64,000 nucleotides of DNA from Sulfolobales archaeon (GTDB lineage Archaea; Thermoproteota; Thermoprotei_A; Sulfolobales; NBVN01), in NCBI GenBank assembly GCA_038841535.1, contig JAWBTQ010000006.1, positions 6,425 through 70,424 on the forward strand, read 5' to 3'. The first letter of the stretch is position 1, and the number at the start of each line of letters is the position of its first letter. The notes under the pieces were generated by a model, which did no database searches, was not told the origin of the DNA, and saw only the letters and a program-made list of their open reading frames with translations. The position numbers and the translations under genes are program-made. Positions 18,892 through 28,751 of this stretch are shown piece after piece.

Positions 18892-19161
18892 CTATATCTC
18901 AATCTCTCCCCGCCTGAAGGCGTCGATAACGTTTTTAGAAACGGTATAGCATCCTATACCCCGCTTGATCAAGCCTAAAGACACTAGTTTAGCTAATATC
19001 TTAGATGGGTTCTTTATTCCCATAGCTCTTAGCTCTCTGGAGACAAGTATCTCTCCAACAGACCTATACCTAAGGAAATACCTTAGAGTTGCGAGCTCTT
19101 CGTCACTCAAGCTCTTGAGAATGGCTGGTAGGTTGTCTCCACTTTGAGTTTCTTGAGTCAA
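18892..19161 (-). CDS. small winged-helix protein
   Basis: 89-aa ORF. LATLRYFLRYRSVGEILVSRELRAMG...LVSLGLIKR is wHTH-like. Confidence 0.45.
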   Translation of the reverse strand: MTQETQSGDNLPAILKSLSDEELATLRYFLRYRSVGEILVSRELRAMGIKNPSKILAKLVSLGLIKRGIGCYTVSKNVIDAFRRGEIEI

Positions 19162-19171
19162 CAGGTTCCAC

Positions 19172-20143
19172 CTAGTAGTAGTACGTGTTAACGTAGTTAT
19201 GCTCTACTATCTTAGAAGCGTTTCCAAGGCTTGCGCAAACTGAAGACAGGGGACAGAAGTTCGACCTCTCACAAGCCGGGTTTTCTCTAGTACAGTACTT
19301 TCTACCGAAAGCCCACAGAAAGTCGTCGAGATAGTCTGGTCTGATACATGAGATCCTGGAAACGTAATTGTAAGCTCTTCTTACAGCCATTCTCAACTCT
19401 ATATCCTCTTCATACGTAAACTCAGACCTACTCGAGACTTTACGCATCAGATGGTCATCGAGCTTAACTAGCTTTAATCTTAGTGCTACCCTAGTTAAGT
19501 GGTTATCCACTGGTACTTCTATGTTGTGAGTGTCAACAACTTTGATGAGACCCCTTCTTAGAGCGAACTTTATAAAGAGAAATTGCTTTTTCTCGACAGG
19601 GTCTGAATATGCCTTAAACACTTTAAGTAAGTTCCCGAGTCCGTAAGTCGTGGGGTGCCTTATGTAACCTCTAGAAACCCTAACTAGCTCGGATACTGAC
19701 CCCCTAAAGTATTTAATGAGCTTTATACCCGCATCGCGAAGTAGTTCTGCTCGGACATCGGGATCCCAGATACTCTCCCCGCTTTGAGTTCGCAACCACT
19801 TCGTAACTTCTTCTAGCGATATCGCCGCCATTCTATCAGGGTTAAAGTAGTCTGGATCCTCTCTGTACCTTAAGACCCCTAGGTGATAGAGTAAGTCGGC
19901 CCCATGATAGCTTTCTCCACCTATGCGCATCTCGAAAGGCTTTAACCTTGAGGTCCTATGATCTATAGCTACCATAAAGAAAAAGTACCTAAGGACTTTT
20001 TCTACCTCTTCATTCTTCGGGGGATAGAAGTGGGGGTCAGTAAAGTCTTCTATTGCTTTAACAACTTCAGTAAAGGATTCCCTTATTGCTCTAGCCACCA
20101 CCGAGATTCTGCTAAAAGACAGCTCTAGAGGCAGCCTCAACAC
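19172..20143 (-). CDS. DNA-glycosylase-fold protein resembling the queuosine-salvage (DUF2419/QNG1) family, with a C-terminal 4-Cys cluster
   Basis: 323-aa ORF. FFFMVAIDHRT, EKKQFLFIKF, VPVDNHLTRVALRLKLV, EEDIELR, DDFLWAFG and a terminal ...TYYY parallel blocks I recall from QNG1-type proteins. It also has CTRENPACERSNFCPLSSVC. Confidence 0.4.
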   Translation of the reverse strand: MLRLPLELSFSRISVVARAIRESFTEVVKAIEDFTDPHFYPPKNEEVEKVLRYFFFMVAIDHRTSRLKPFEMRIGGESYHGADLLYHLGVLRYREDPDYFNPDRMAAISLEEVTKWLRTQSGESIWDPDVRAELLRDAGIKLIKYFRGSVSELVRVSRGYIRHPTTYGLGNLLKVFKAYSDPVEKKQFLFIKFALRRGLIKVVDTHNIEVPVDNHLTRVALRLKLVKLDDHLMRKVSSRSEFTYEEDIELRMAVRRAYNYVSRISCIRPDYLDDFLWAFGRKYCTRENPACERSNFCPLSSVCASLGNASKIVEHNYVNTYYY

Positions 20144-20213
20144 CGCTGTAAACTAGTTGTAGCCGTTATAAGAGTTCTTCGAACATCAGTATGTAGAATT
20201 CGAGTTCCTACGA

Positions 20214-21056
20214 GTGCTGAGAAAAATATACCTCAAATCTAATTTAGTTGTTCAAAGTTTATTCATACTGTTGGGGAGAATGTTGAGACCGTATATAGTA
20301 AGGTTCGTATCTCAGAAGTCAGGTGTAGGTAAAACTTTCGTAGCATCCAGCGTAGTAGAGGCTTTAGTAAAGGCTGGCTATAGTGTGGCGGTTGTTAAGC
20401 ACTCAGCAAGCGGTATAAGTCTCGAAGAAAAAGATAGTGCGCGCTACCTTAGGGCTGGAGCTATGGAAGTCGTGGTAGCAAGTAAAGAACTAGTCCTACT
20501 GTATAGCAAAACATTAACAGACGACCTTAATGAGATAACTAGCTATATCTCTAGACCCCTAATTGTGGTAGAGGGGTTTAAAGATGCGCATATAGGTGAT
20601 AGCGTAGTAGTAGCTGATTTCGTGGAGGAAGCAACCAGAATTATCAGCAATGACACTATTGCCATAGTTTTAAGTAGAGAACCTTTAAACCCGGAACTGG
20701 GGGAAGGTATTAAAGTACCTGTTTTCTCTAGCAATCAGATAAGTTCACTAGCTGACCTAATAATAAGAAGATCGATAGAGCACTTCACGTCTCAACTTCC
20801 AGGTTTGAATTGTGGTGCCTGCGGCTATAACTACTGCAGAACTTTAGCCATGAAAATACTTAAGGGTGTGAAAGTAGCTTGCCCTATTACGCTTAATGTA
20901 AAACTCACTGTTAACGGTCAAGAAGTACATCTAAACCCCTTCGTAAAGAACGTGATAAGCTCGGTAGTTGAAGGACTACTGAATTCTCTTAAAGGTATAC
21001 CTGCTGACGTAAAGCGCATTACACTAGAGGTAGACAAAACAGCGCGTACGAGTTAA
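20214..21056 (+). CDS. mobB: MobB-like P-loop protein fused to a 4Fe-4S (RnfB-N/FeS-type) domain
   Basis: 280-aa ORF. SQKSGVGKTFVAS...VAVVKHSASG...EKDSARYLRAGA matches the MobB pattern. The C-terminal LPGLNCGACGYNYCRTLAMKILKGVKVACP is the putative Fe-S cluster domain pattern. The likely true start is the internal Met (MLRPYIV). Confidence 0.7.
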   Translation: MLRKIYLKSNLVVQSLFILLGRMLRPYIVRFVSQKSGVGKTFVASSVVEALVKAGYSVAVVKHSASGISLEEKDSARYLRAGAMEVVVASKELVLLYSKTLTDDLNEITSYISRPLIVVEGFKDAHIGDSVVVADFVEEATRIISNDTIAIVLSREPLNPELGEGIKVPVFSSNQISSLADLIIRRSIEHFTSQLPGLNCGACGYNYCRTLAMKILKGVKVACPITLNVKLTVNGQEVHLNPFVKNVISSVVEGLLNSLKGIPADVKRITLEVDKTARTS

Positions 21057-21139
21057 GTGAGGTAGCGTAGCTTAACTAATACGTGGTACTCGAACCACAA
21101 TTATTCCATACCTCCTGCTTGAAAATCCCGTGTAACCAG

Positions 21140-21928
21140 CTAAGGGTAGACTCTTATTTCTTTATCACCTACCTTCATAAGTACCTCAAAGTACTCGGCA
21201 ATCTTTGTAGACACTATCTTGGGTTTGAGGACGGCCTCTATCTGGAAGAGACCAGCAAAATTATCCATCGTGACTTCGATAGATACTGGTCTATAAACAC
21301 CGGTTAGTATATCTACTCTCTTGATGCTTAAGGCGGATACAGAATGCATATCTATCTTACCAAGCTTGTAGGGTATTCTAGCTCTTCCTTCCGCCATATC
21401 TGTTCCGTCCGCAACCTTGACAACTCCTGCTTCAACCGTTAAAGCCTGGGTATTCGTTTCCGTAGCGTATATCGAGTGCAAGATCTCCTGCCTAATCATC
21501 CTCCTTCTTTTTCCTTCAATGCTAGGCATAACGTCGATCAACATTCTGTCAACTATGTCTTTGGCAAGCAGTGAACCTACAAACTCGTGATTTACTCTGT
21601 GTACGGCATTTCCTATGTCGTGTAGATAAGCTGATGCGAGAACTATGACCATGCTCTCCTCCAAGTTCTTAGTGATGCCGAACTCGATAGACGTAGGTTT
21701 AACTCCAGATTTAATGAGTAGGTCGAGTATCTCAAGAGCTGCACCACTCACTATCCTAGAATGTACTGCTCCATGATCATTGTATCTGAGCCTACCGACT
21801 GCCATAATGTTAGCCATATCAACGAGGCTCTGTACTTCTTCATCTGACTCTAAAAACTCGTATATCTTCCTTAAGGTGTTATAACTCTCAATAAACTTTC
21901 TTACTAGCCCTGGACTGACTACCACCAT
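21140..21928 (-). CDS. HD-domain metal-dependent phosphohydrolase
   Basis: 262-aa ORF with HGAVHS ... AYLHDIGNAVHRVNHE (H...HD...H pattern). Confidence 0.75.
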   Translation of the reverse strand: MVVVSPGLVRKFIESYNTLRKIYEFLESDEEVQSLVDMANIMAVGRLRYNDHGAVHSRIVSGAALEILDLLIKSGVKPTSIEFGITKNLEESMVIVLASAYLHDIGNAVHRVNHEFVGSLLAKDIVDRMLIDVMPSIEGKRRRMIRQEILHSIYATETNTQALTVEAGVVKVADGTDMAEGRARIPYKLGKIDMHSVSALSIKRVDILTGVYRPVSIEVTMDNFAGLFQIEAVLKPKIVSTKIAEYFEVLMKVGDKEIRVYP

Positions 21929-21966
21929 ATGCTATTCCTCTCTCCCAACGACACACCAGGTAGGAG

Positions 21967-22057
21967 TGGGGCCGCCGGGATTTGAACCCGGGACCACCAG
22001 CGTACTGGCGGGGGATGTCCCCAGGCTGGCATCCTAGCCAAGCTAGACGACGGCCCC
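21967..22057 (-). tRNA. tRNA-Pro (GGG) with a 16-nt intron
   Basis: Hand fold of the minus strand. Acceptor GGGGCCG/CGGCCCC, D stem GTCT/GGAT, anticodon stem CCAGC/GCTGG, loop CU-GGG-G, intron ACATCCCCCGCCAGTA after position 37, T arm CCGGG-TTCAAAT-CCCGG, discriminator A. Confidence 0.9.
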
Positions 22058-22077
22058 GTACTTAACTAACTCGAAGG

Positions 22078-22087
22078 ATATTTTAAA
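22078..22087 (-). promoter_or_regulatory. TATA-box-like element upstream of tRNA-Pro
   Basis: The minus strand reads TTTAAAATAT, centred about 26 nt upstream of the tRNA 5' end. Confidence 0.5.
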
Positions 22088-22507
22088 TTTTAGTTTACTA
22101 GTAGCATCACTACTAGAGCAACATAAACCAATACATTCTCCTATTGCTGCAGTGGTCAGTTTTTCTACAGTGCGCAGCAGGTTGAATTCGTAGTTTACTT
22201 ATGTGAATTCTTAGCTATCACTTTTTCAGTGTTTACTAGAACAATGCTCACAAAAGTCCATCTGAAGTAAGGTGTGTGCTCCCTACTCTTCTCAGTGCTA
22301 GCTCTACCGACGTAAGCACGCATGCGGTCACGGAGCACTTGTTCCATACTCAGCGGTAGGTCCACCTCCTATTTGCTCTCATGTGTTTCGCTAGTGTTAG
22401 CCCCAGATCGCTATTCTCGATACCCTACGGAAAGCAGTTAGAGCAGTTATAGAGCTGAAGCCTACTGTTACAAGGAGTTTAATAGCGTTTGAGCTTACTT
22501 TGTTTCG

Positions 22508-24466
22508 GTGGCGAGTTTAGCACTCTTAGCTACCCCTAGTAGCAGTGGAAGTGGAGCTTCAAACTACACAGCTCGCGAGCTCGATAGCGCATCTAGGGCT
22601 CCCGCACCGCTGAGTTCAACAACTGCGCAAGAACCTGCTGGAACATCTGAACACTCACAAGTAGTGTTGGAGTCTCTGGATACGGTAGCTAAGAGTAATT
22701 GGCTACTAAGCGTTGACTCTCAAAAGAGATCGATTATGTCGCCTGCTAAAGAAAGTACTGAGAGGAAAATCGACCTAGTTAAGTCACTAATAGCAGGCAG
22801 TGTCGTCGGAGCCTTGATCGGATTCAGCAATACTTATGGTTATGCTATTAGTGGATACACAACATCTGAGCTATCACCTATTGTAGCTGGAGTTCTAACG
22901 TATCTTCTGTTAAGGTTTGTACTAGGTGTTTACAGCACACTTGCTCACATCGCTGCTATAGCGTTTGCCGTAGGAATAGACATTACTACTACTCTAACTT
23001 CAGGTATGTTAATTACTTACACCATGTTCGCCGAGAGAGCTGACCCAAGAATGGTGAACATGGCATCATGGGTGTACAAGGGTTTAAGCACGGAATCCAT
23101 GCTATTCTATCTATTCGCGTCCTCAGTTTCGGCGGGCGGGGTATTAATAGCGTTATCGCTAAGTGATCATTTTATCGAAAGAGAAAGACTCATATTTCCT
23201 GTTGGAGGAGGAGCCTGGAGAGCAGTAAACGTAATAAGGAATTTTCAAATACACAAAATAGCTGCTACAATAACTGTGGGGTTCACTCTAGAGCTATTGG
23301 CGCTCTACGGAAGCGTGTCCGCAGATTTTGCTCAAATGCTCTACCTCGTCGCTCCCGGGGCGGCACTAGCTTTAGCTTTCGACCCTCTAATACTACTCCT
23401 AGCTCTCCTATTACCTGTAAGTTCTTCAGCAGGTGTCGGAGTGGGGAGCATCATTATGTTCATGGCGATCACTCCAGCCCTAGCTTTTTTAAGGGTTTTG
23501 GTTCCCCTTCCAACAATGAGTACATACGATCTAGCTACATCAGCATCGGCGTCTACAGCTTCATTACTGATAGGCTACCTCTCACTAATGGCATCTTACT
23601 ACATAGTTAAGTATAGGAGAATGTTTATTCACTCACTAACTCTTATTAGAGAGATAAAGGAGTATAGGTCTACGTTCTTTGCTGGTGTATTACTTATCTC
23701 CCTACCGGTTATTCCCGCTTTATTAGTTTCTAGAGATGCTGCTAGAATAATAATAATCTTACCAGCTTTAGTGATCCTGTACTTACTCATAACGCTTCTA
23801 ACCTGCCGAGTGGTAGGTGAAGTCGGTATAGTATCTCAATCCACTCTACCAGCTGTTACGGGACTGATGTTTGCTGCTGGAATAAGAGAGTCTATGCCTT
23901 ACGTTCTTCTAGACCCGTATACTGGAACCCCCATGCCTCAGTTTGTTGCTGCTACGTCAATGAATATCATTAAACTTAGTAAGTACTCTGGGGTTAAACC
24001 CAGCTTTATAGGTTTTCTAGTTATGTTGGGGATAGTTCTTGGGGCTCCACTAACCCTAGCCTACGGGAATCTTCTCTTAACTACATACGGAACGTCGTCA
24101 CCTAAGCTCCCCCTTATTAGATGGCTTCCCATAGTTACGTGGATGAACGCTATTTACACTGGGAATGTGCTGGCACTACCCTCGCAATCTTTTATCTTAG
24201 GTATACTCCTAGCTATAGCTATTCTATTCGTAGTTAGAGTGCTAGGCATTAAGGGGCTCTCTCCTTTCGCTATATTAGTGGGGGTTACTGTAACACCAGA
24301 TATAGGTGTACTCTTCGTATTAGCATCGCTAATTAAGTACTTAGCTCTACGCATAGGGCCCGACACCTACGAGTCTTTAGTTGCCTACTCATCACTAGGA
24401 TTTTTCGGTAGTACCTTAGCAATAGTAACCTACACCTTATACGAACTATTAACTATGGGAGTGTGA
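22508..24466 (+). CDS. polytopic membrane protein, OPT (oligopeptide transporter)-superfamily-like
   Basis: 652-aa ORF from a GTG. The first about 76 residues are S/A/T-rich and low-complexity, so the more plausible start is ATG 22736 (MSPAKES...). It has at least 14 TM segments. LIAGSVVGALIGFSNTYGYAISGYTTSELSPIVAG resembles the OPT N-terminal block. Confidence 0.5.
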   Translation: MASLALLATPSSSGSGASNYTARELDSASRAPAPLSSTTAQEPAGTSEHSQVVLESLDTVAKSNWLLSVDSQKRSIMSPAKESTERKIDLVKSLIAGSVVGALIGFSNTYGYAISGYTTSELSPIVAGVLTYLLLRFVLGVYSTLAHIAAIAFAVGIDITTTLTSGMLITYTMFAERADPRMVNMASWVYKGLSTESMLFYLFASSVSAGGVLIALSLSDHFIERERLIFPVGGGAWRAVNVIRNFQIHKIAATITVGFTLELLALYGSVSADFAQMLYLVAPGAALALAFDPLILLLALLLPVSSSAGVGVGSIIMFMAITPALAFLRVLVPLPTMSTYDLATSASASTASLLIGYLSLMASYYIVKYRRMFIHSLTLIREIKEYRSTFFAGVLLISLPVIPALLVSRDAARIIIILPALVILYLLITLLTCRVVGEVGIVSQSTLPAVTGLMFAAGIRESMPYVLLDPYTGTPMPQFVAATSMNIIKLSKYSGVKPSFIGFLVMLGIVLGAPLTLAYGNLLLTTYGTSSPKLPLIRWLPIVTWMNAIYTGNVLALPSQSFILGILLAIAILFVVRVLGIKGLSPFAILVGVTVTPDIGVLFVLASLIKYLALRIGPDTYESLVAYSSLGFFGSTLAIVTYTLYELLTMGV

Positions 24467-24469
24467 GCT

Positions 24470-26032
24470 ATGGACTTGGTGTTCCTAGTTTTCTCTGCGA
24501 CATACCTCGGAGTTCTAATATACGCCATCATAAACCTAGCTAAGACCAAAAACGTGAGTGTAGAATTACCTCCAACTGCTCTTCAGCGTTATGCTAGACA
24601 TAGCGCAACTAAGCTACGGGTATTCGGCAGAGTACTGAAGATAACCCTATTAAACATAACGACTCTTCTAATTCTCTTGTGTATTGCGGTATCGTCTCTT
24701 ATAGCTGCTACCGCCTACAGTGATAAGAGAACCGAGTTCATTCAAGCCATAGAGGAATCTGTTCAAGCACCTATAGCTCTCATTAAGCTCTCTAAGCCGG
24801 TCAGTAAGCATGACGCCGTGACATCGCTTTACCATGTAATAGAGAGATCTGAATCCGTATCCTACCTCTATAGAGCGACACTGGAGAGAGGTATATTTGT
24901 CGATAGCTTGCCGGGAGTTAAGTGGGTAGTCATCGGCGTAGATGGAGATCTCCGATCAAAGCTCAATATATCTGAAAAAGAAATCTTAACTGGTTGCCAA
25001 ACTCTTTCGGAGGTAGCCCACTACTCATCGAGGTTTAAGGTTACATGCATCCAAGACTCCACCTTCAGATTCAAGATAACTCCACTCGAAACTCTACTGC
25101 CGGTTCTGGGCTATATTGGTATGGAGCCTATAACTCCCTCACTTGACTTAGTCATAATATCCGATGTCGAGACCATCGCTGAGATACTAAGCCTCGGAGA
25201 CACTCTAGTTACCGACGTCTTATTTGTTGGGAAGGACATTGATCGTAACGTAGTCGAGAGCGTACTCGAAGTACTGAATGTAGACACATTACAATACTTC
25301 TTCAATACCACAGCCCTAATTCTAGGTTCAGTGCGAGTGATGACTCTTGAGGCTGCGATATCGACACTTTTTGTAGTAATGTCCTGTGCTATTGTTGTAG
25401 CTGTAGCCTATAGATCCCTTCTACCAGAGTTCAAAACTATTAATGAGAGACTTCACTACATAGGATTGCCCCCATGGGGAACTACTATTACTCTATTGAT
25501 GCATGTAGCAGTAGCTGTATCTCTTGGAGCACTGGCTTCATCGACCTTGGCCTCGTTTCTATTTACGGCCCGTCAAGCAATCATTTCAACCACAGTTAGC
25601 CTATTCTCAGGTCTTTTGGCAGCCCTAACTCTAGTAAGAGAGCTGAGTACCGGAACGACTAGTTATGGAGCGTATACCCCTACAGTTGAGAGACACGAGA
25701 TTGTGTTTCCAACCATAAAAATCGGGAATTTGGGGGAGTTAGTGAACATGGTAAGAGAAGCTATTGAAACTAACGAGTTTTTTGAACTTGAGGAATTTGA
25801 GTATAGGAGTTGGGAAAAAGAAGTAGTAGTATACTGCCGCGTTAACTTCAAAGAGATGTGGGGTGTTATTTTGAGTGGATTAATAGCTGTAACTCCTCTG
25901 GATAGCAACATGGTAAAGGTATTCCTTGAGACAGATGTATCTAGTATAGAGGAAATATCTGAAAGCATAAATAACTCAATAAGAGCCCTGTTCGTCTCGA
26001 AGGTAATAGGTAAGCTGAAGACACTTTTATAG
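24470..26032 (+). CDS. membrane protein with FtsX/MacB-like topology (TM, large loop, 3 TM, C-terminal soluble domain)
   Basis: 520-aa ORF starting 4 nt after the previous gene. The assignment rests on topology only and no sequence motif was recognised. Confidence 0.4.
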   Translation: MDLVFLVFSATYLGVLIYAIINLAKTKNVSVELPPTALQRYARHSATKLRVFGRVLKITLLNITTLLILLCIAVSSLIAATAYSDKRTEFIQAIEESVQAPIALIKLSKPVSKHDAVTSLYHVIERSESVSYLYRATLERGIFVDSLPGVKWVVIGVDGDLRSKLNISEKEILTGCQTLSEVAHYSSRFKVTCIQDSTFRFKITPLETLLPVLGYIGMEPITPSLDLVIISDVETIAEILSLGDTLVTDVLFVGKDIDRNVVESVLEVLNVDTLQYFFNTTALILGSVRVMTLEAAISTLFVVMSCAIVVAVAYRSLLPEFKTINERLHYIGLPPWGTTITLLMHVAVAVSLGALASSTLASFLFTARQAIISTTVSLFSGLLAALTLVRELSTGTTSYGAYTPTVERHEIVFPTIKIGNLGELVNMVREAIETNEFFELEEFEYRSWEKEVVVYCRVNFKEMWGVILSGLIAVTPLDSNMVKVFLETDVSSIEEISESINNSIRALFVSKVIGKLKTLL

Positions 26033-26147
26033 AGAGATTATGTCTTCAAAGCAGCGGGGAAACCGCTCGATTTATAAGCACTAATTAGCTTTAGCACTAA
26101 GAAAGTGTTGGCTGATCAGGCTGGTAATAGAGTACTTAGCCAGGCTA

Positions 26148-26948
26148 GTGGAAGCAATACATTTAGCGGTCTACTCGTACATTAAGCCAGCAGCACCGCA
26201 CAGGTTCTCCTCAAGGTTTAAAGACCTAGAAACCATAGTATTTACGGTAACCTCATCTTTAGACATCTATAGCCAGACCTTTACCGCCGGTCTAGACGTC
26301 AGTACCGGGAAAGAGACTCTGTACTCCATAGGCATAGGTCGCCTTTTCTACCACTCTCTTGCTAAGTCATACAGGAAACTTGGGATAAGAGCTCACCAAA
26401 CCCTCAACTTAGTTTTAATCCCATCAACTCTCTCCATAGCTTACTCCACACGCCAGCACCCGTTCGCTAATAGCTATAGGAGGATATTCTCTGCTGTGTT
26501 AGAAGTGGACAATCCTAAGGATGTAGCGACCTTGGTTGATGGAATAAGGCAGTTCTACGGCGTTGGCTCTGCTGTTCTCTCAGAGCAAGGATTAACCCCC
26601 AGTAGGCTAGCAACTGAAAAACCCTCTATAGGAGACATACTCCAAGTGCTGGAAGCTAAAGCAAGAGACTTGCGGTATACGTTAAAGAGAATGGATTACA
26701 TATTCGAGGTCGGAACGGAAGTAGCGCGAATGACGGCAAGCGGTATTGAACCTAACGATGTGGTCGTCAGGGCGTTTCTCAGGTTAGCGCAAGTGGAATG
26801 CGGCAAACTAGGGAAAGTTTCCGAAGTCAATCAGAAGAACCTCTATGATCTCGATAAAGAGCTCTCAAAGGACGGTGTTGACCTTTCTTACTTAATAACG
26901 CCACTAACCCTCACCCTCCTCCTCTCAAACTACTTAAGCGAGAAGTAG
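26148..26948 (+). CDS. hypothetical protein (weak CitG/triphosphoribosyl-dephospho-CoA-synthase-like feel)
   Basis: 266-aa ORF. Only YIKPAAPHRF vaguely recalls the PKPG motif of CitG-like proteins. Confidence 0.3.
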   Translation: MEAIHLAVYSYIKPAAPHRFSSRFKDLETIVFTVTSSLDIYSQTFTAGLDVSTGKETLYSIGIGRLFYHSLAKSYRKLGIRAHQTLNLVLIPSTLSIAYSTRQHPFANSYRRIFSAVLEVDNPKDVATLVDGIRQFYGVGSAVLSEQGLTPSRLATEKPSIGDILQVLEAKARDLRYTLKRMDYIFEVGTEVARMTASGIEPNDVVVRAFLRLAQVECGKLGKVSEVNQKNLYDLDKELSKDGVDLSYLITPLTLTLLLSNYLSEK

Positions 26949-26957
26949 CTACAGTAA

Positions 26958-28514
26958 CTAACTAACCTCTATAACTACGTTGATCCCCAGTTCATCCTTG
27001 ATTCTCTTAATTTTCCGCCTAAGTCTGCTAAGACTTTTGGCCTCCTCCCTAGGTATACTGACGATAACGTTCTCACCATTGTATACGACTCTAGCTGATG
27101 GAACGTAGGCCTTTATTAATGGCTCGATGTTTTTCCTTATGCTACTGCTGTATACCTTCTTAACCGGTATTACTGTTGTTTGCTCACCAAAGGTGTATAT
27201 CTCGTACTCAAGCTCTCCAGTTAGCGCGTCTCTTACTTCAACTACTGGTCTAGCTAGGTCTGACTCTCTGAGGCCTGTCGGAAGTTTAACTGTGATATCT
27301 AGCTCGTAAACCTTTTTAACCTCACCAGAGTCTATGAATATCAGTGTATCAACAACAGATGGCAACATACCGACATCAACTCTACTGATGAATCTCTGAA
27401 TGGCGTCAATCGGAGAAGCCGCGTGAACTACTCCTACCATGCCGATGCCAGCTAGCCTCAGGTCTACATAGAGCTTAAAGTCTTCGTCGTTCCTCATTTC
27501 ATCGAATATTGTGTAGTCAGGTCTACTCAATAAGAGGATATCGTGAAGTTCGTTAGGAGTAGCGTAGACTTTCGAGTACTGCGTTACCTGAGGCGGTAGC
27601 CTCATATCTCTAGGGGATTCCACTGTTTTCACTATCTTACCTTTTCTCGAGTAGTACTCTGCTAAAGCTTGAGCGAACGTCGTCTTACCCATACCAGGAG
27701 CTCCAGCAATCACTATCCCCTCTGCTTTCTCGTTAAGTCTCTTCATGAGCTTCTCTGGGAGGCTGTATTCCTCGAGCTTAGGCCTCGCAAGAGGCTTTAC
27801 AGCGGTTATTTCCCAACCACTACTCATGGGGGGTCTGGAGACGATGATTCTGTAATCTCCGAGCTGAATGATGGTGGAACCCGTTCTCTCGATCTCTATT
27901 ACGGCATCGGGTAGGGTCTTTGCTGCCTCTACGACCTCCTCAGAGAGGGACTCGATCTCCTCACGTGTTATGGGGATGTCTGAGATCTTCTCAAGAACCC
28001 ACCTTCCCGGACGCCCTCTTTTTACCTGAGGCGGTGCTCCCTCTTTGAGGTGTACACTCATTACATCTCCGACAAAATACTTCTCAAGCTCTTTGAGCTG
28101 TATTCTCTCTGGCTCTTTATAAAGAACTTTGACCCCCAGAATCTCGGCTGCGAGTTTTTGTGTTCTAGATGAAGTAACTAGTACATAATCATTCTCGTAG
28201 GTGTATTCCCTTATAGCTAAGTCTATATCGTCAACTCTCCTACCTAGAGTAGTTATTCTCAGCTTTATGCCATACTTGTCCGCAAGGCTCCTAATTAACC
28301 TAAGTTCTTCAAGAGCAACAACACCTAAGCTCCTACCTTCTCTACTGAGATTATCGAAAAACACTACTAGCTCTCTGGGTATGGCGATAACACTCTTAAT
28401 TTTCTCACTAATTATTAGCCTTCTGAGAACTCCATTGTATATAACGGTGCTATCTGGGACTATTACGGTTTCTCCAACAGTTCTTACATCACTTTCGTTT
28501 AACGTGCTTACCAT
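26958..28514 (-). CDS. PIN domain / PilT-type P-loop ATPase / KH-like domain protein
   Basis: 518-aa ORF. It has an N-terminal PIN-like segment (VIVPDSTVI..., TSSRTQ), the Walker A motif IAGAPGMGKTTFAQ, the Walker B motif TIFDEMRNDEDF and a C-terminal small beta-alpha domain. This architecture is common in archaeal 'PilT-family ATPases'. Confidence 0.7.
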   Translation of the reverse strand: MVSTLNESDVRTVGETVIVPDSTVIYNGVLRRLIISEKIKSVIAIPRELVVFFDNLSREGRSLGVVALEELRLIRSLADKYGIKLRITTLGRRVDDIDLAIREYTYENDYVLVTSSRTQKLAAEILGVKVLYKEPERIQLKELEKYFVGDVMSVHLKEGAPPQVKRGRPGRWVLEKISDIPITREEIESLSEEVVEAAKTLPDAVIEIERTGSTIIQLGDYRIIVSRPPMSSGWEITAVKPLARPKLEEYSLPEKLMKRLNEKAEGIVIAGAPGMGKTTFAQALAEYYSRKGKIVKTVESPRDMRLPPQVTQYSKVYATPNELHDILLLSRPDYTIFDEMRNDEDFKLYVDLRLAGIGMVGVVHAASPIDAIQRFISRVDVGMLPSVVDTLIFIDSGEVKKVYELDITVKLPTGLRESDLARPVVEVRDALTGELEYEIYTFGEQTTVIPVKKVYSSSIRKNIEPLIKAYVPSARVVYNGENVIVSIPREEAKSLSRLRRKIKRIKDELGINVVIEVS

Positions 28515-28751
28515 GACTTTCGAGTGCCTGGTTATGACTCTATTTAGGAGGTTATAAGCTTAAGCTTTCCATAAAGTTAGTGGGGCTACTTTAGCACTCA
28601 CTAGTTAAAAGTATTCACTACCTCAACTCACTAAACCATGCTCTTCGAAAAACATTGACTGTTAGCCAAATAGGCTCGATGCAGGCACTATAGAAAACAT
28701 TTTCCCACAGAAATAGAGGTAAAAAGAGTTGACGTAGGTTAAAAGAAGCAC

